NCBI GenBank assembly: GCA_010093605.1
Contig: MU004194.1
Coordinates: forward strand, 1,340,323-1,404,322
DNA from: Lophium mytilinum
Lineage: Eukaryota
DNA: 64,000 bases
Reading direction: 5' to 3'
The notes under the pieces are model-generated. The model had not been told where the DNA came from, did not search any database, and saw nothing but the letters and a program-made list of their open reading frames with translations. The first letter of the stretch is position 1, and every line of letters begins with the position of its first letter. A program made the position numbers and the translations under genes. Below, in pieces: positions 61,422-64,000 of the stretch.

Positions 61422-63206
61422 ATGTGGAATCTATCCGTCCAAATCGCTAGAGCTAGCATCCGGCGCCCTAAACCATGTCCGCAATGTCGGGCTCGACGTT
61501 TCCACGAATACTTCATAACCCACCTCCCCACCTCCTCTACGCACCCCGACAAGTCCGCCGGCGGACCACACCACAAGCTCCCTCGGGACAAGTCGACGCC
61601 TCACACCCCACGAGGGTCGAACAGAACTCCCGCGGCGCCCCCGCCCATGGTGGGGTTGTCGCGGGAGATGACGGTTGTGCGCATACCGCTCAAGAGCGCG
61701 AAACATCACTTTGGGGTGTCCCTCTCAAGGGGAAGTCGACCGTACAACGAGGACACATTTCAGGCGGGCACAATTGATATACCGGCGTTCTCCAAGCGAA
61801 GGCCTATGACCCTGACGCGCAGCAATCGTGGAAGCGCTGCTGGGGAGGTAACGCCGGTTGATAGCCCAAGTGGCGACCCCCAGGTCTTCTATTTTGGGGT
61901 GTTCGATGGTCATGGAGGCATCGAATGCAGCGACTTCCTGCGGGAGCAGCTACATCAGTACATTGAGACTGGGGCTCAGCTCTTCGAGCTGGAAAGCAGT
62001 CTTAGCCGGAAAGGCAAGCCGGAGCAATATATGGGCTGGCCGAGCAGTCTGGGCGAAAGTGGCAGGGAGAGTCTGGAGGCTGTGGAAACATACACGGCTC
62101 CTGGTACTGAACCAGTCAAGCCACCAAAAGCACGCACCAATGAACAGGCACCGAGCGGGACTGATGATGCTACGCCTCCAGAGAGTGCTCGGTCTATCAA
62201 GCAATCTGACAGCGTGCAGAAGGCAGAAGAGTTGGAGAGTGAGCTTGTCAGGGCTTGGAAGGAGCTTGTGGGCGGCTACTTCAGGCGTTTCAAGCCTGAG
62301 TACTTTGCATTGTCTGCCGGAGGCCAAGGTCACTCTGCAGAGAAAGAGATGGCTGAAAGGAAGCAGCTCCAAAACTCATGCGTCCCGGACGATACTACAG
62401 ACGGGATTGGTATTGAGACGGTCCTCGAATATGCCTTTTTGAAAGCCGACTACGACTTCGTGTCGGCTCAGGTTGGCAAAAGGAACGAGGATCCGGTTCT
62501 AGCTGACCGCGCTATAAACGACGACGACATACTTGGAAGCCCTTCCACTAAACGCATAGGCGGCCCGATGCGCTTCAAAGGCGGCAGCACCTGCAGCATC
62601 GCGCTCATCTCCACGCCAACCCCTTCGCCCTTCTGGCATCCTGCGTCTCCCTCGACGCTCATCGCGGCTCACTGCGGTGATACCCGCATTCTACTCTGCA
62701 ACACAGCAACTGGACTTGCTGTTCCGCTCACATCGAACCACCACCCATCTCTACCCATGGAAGCCACCCGGCTGCGGCGATATGCAGCGACTTTCGTGAC
62801 CGACTCGTTCGGCGAAGAACGAGTCTCCGGTCTTGCCAACACCCGAGCCTTTGGAGACATGGCATCGAAACGCATAGGCGTCTCTGCCGAGCCGGAGATC
62901 CGGCGCATGGAGCTCTCGCCGGCGGAATACTCCTTCATGGTGCTCGTATCAGACGGCGTGTCGGGTCATCTGAGCGACCAGGAGATCGTGGACGTTGTCA
63001 AGGAGGCCCGCACTCCAGAGCAGGGCGCTCGGGATGTGACTAGCTTTGCTACCGAGGTGGCCGCCGACGCGGATAATGCCACGACGCTGGTGGTGCGTCT
63101 GGGAGGATGGGAGCGCAGGAGCGAGGGCGGACTGGGCAGTCTGGGGACTAAGGAGCTGAGGGACTGGCGGAAAGAAGAGGCCAACAACCCGCGAAGTAGG
63201 ATGTGA
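61422..63206 (+). CDS. PTC6: PP2C/PPM phosphatase, mitochondrial Ptc6-like, single exon
   Basis: Presequence-like N-terminus; RPYNED, FGVFDGHGG, GGSTC, AHCGDTR, LANTRAFGD, LVSDGV, DNAT. Confidence 0.85.
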   Translation: MWNLSVQIARASIRRPKPCPQCRARRFHEYFITHLPTSSTHPDKSAGGPHHKLPRDKSTPHTPRGSNRTPAAPPPMVGLSREMTVVRIPLKSAKHHFGVSLSRGSRPYNEDTFQAGTIDIPAFSKRRPMTLTRSNRGSAAGEVTPVDSPSGDPQVFYFGVFDGHGGIECSDFLREQLHQYIETGAQLFELESSLSRKGKPEQYMGWPSSLGESGRESLEAVETYTAPGTEPVKPPKARTNEQAPSGTDDATPPESARSIKQSDSVQKAEELESELVRAWKELVGGYFRRFKPEYFALSAGGQGHSAEKEMAERKQLQNSCVPDDTTDGIGIETVLEYAFLKADYDFVSAQVGKRNEDPVLADRAINDDDILGSPSTKRIGGPMRFKGGSTCSIALISTPTPSPFWHPASPSTLIAAHCGDTRILLCNTATGLAVPLTSNHHPSLPMEATRLRRYAATFVTDSFGEERVSGLANTRAFGDMASKRIGVSAEPEIRRMELSPAEYSFMVLVSDGVSGHLSDQEIVDVVKEARTPEQGARDVTSFATEVAADADNATTLVVRLGGWERRSEGGLGSLGTKELRDWRKEEANNPRSRM

Positions 63207-64000
63207 GGGCATGGTGCATACACGGCGTTTGGGCGAAGCTAGCAACCGGCCTCGTGCTGGAGTTGTATATTGGGTAGTTGTAGGCATTGCGTAGTTGCAG
63301 GGCATTGGGTCGATGGCTGAGGCATTCGGTGGGTTCTTGTTGGCATAGCTGAGACGCGCACTTATATACAGACGAGACAGCCGTGAAGACGTCTTCACTA
63401 CATTTCTACTGTTTTCCGCTGCTCTGAGGCAGTCTGGCGTGCTCGATAAATCTGATTCTTTGTGCACGGCCGCGGGCTCCAAACCCCAACGCTGCTCTGC
63501 TCGACGGCATCCATCAGCAAATAGCGAAGCATCTGCCCCCCGTGACGCCCAGCTTCACCATCGAGACATTCACCATCCTGCAGCCCGTGGGTTCGAGGGG
63601 CACGGCACGGAAGCAGGGCAAGCGAGCCAATCCTCCAGCGTCGTGAGCCCTTTCACCAACCACAACTGAAGGGTTGCTGCTGCCTTGACGTCGATCCGCC
63701 GCCTAATAGCCATAATTTCTGGCTTGTTTGCCGTTTGCCTGGCCCAGCAAGGCGCACCGGTTGAACGCACAGCGCGTGCCTGAGACGCTCCTTGTCTGGT
63801 CTGCGGGGTGGACCCTTCGCGAAGCGGGCATCTCTGTGGAATTCACGTGTTTGGCCTGTCTGTCCAAGGCGTTCGACTTTCGCTTCAAATTCCCTCCCAT
63901 AACACCCTCCCCACGACACCTCTTATACTCCACCACCACGCCATCTACACCCGCACCCTCACCCGCAAGACTCAGCTGCACATCTCTCCGACAAGTCCAG

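Overview
Gene-dense, intron-containing ascomycete (Pezizomycotina-type) DNA with short GT-AG introns and CTRAC branch points. I support about 19 protein-coding genes: LAMMER kinase, class-III aminotransferase, SRP19/SEC65, secreted aspartic protease, DBP6, GPI3/SPT14, a Vps39/TGFBRAP1-like CNH protein, COY1/CASP, a DUF3455-like secreted protein, an APH-like phosphotransferase, CENP-X, a cupredoxin-like surface protein, thaumatin, GH2 beta-mannosidase, a CLR-2/ClrB-family Zn2Cys6 factor, SCS7, RBM39/PAD-1, an unknown protein and a PTC6-like PP2C. A ~3.1 kb AT-rich, RIP-mutated repeat relic lies at ~25.2-28.3 kb. The most unusual signals are a degenerate ~108-bp array of ~14 units at 56.4-58.2 kb, a hairpin hiding the 5' splice site of the SRP19 intron, three stop-free in-frame introns in the LAMMER kinase, a beta-mannosidase/ClrB-family pair with matching CGG-Nx-CCG sites, and splice signals around the RBM39 stop codon. 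Exon boundaries were read by eye and family calls come from motif recognition; no database searches were run.
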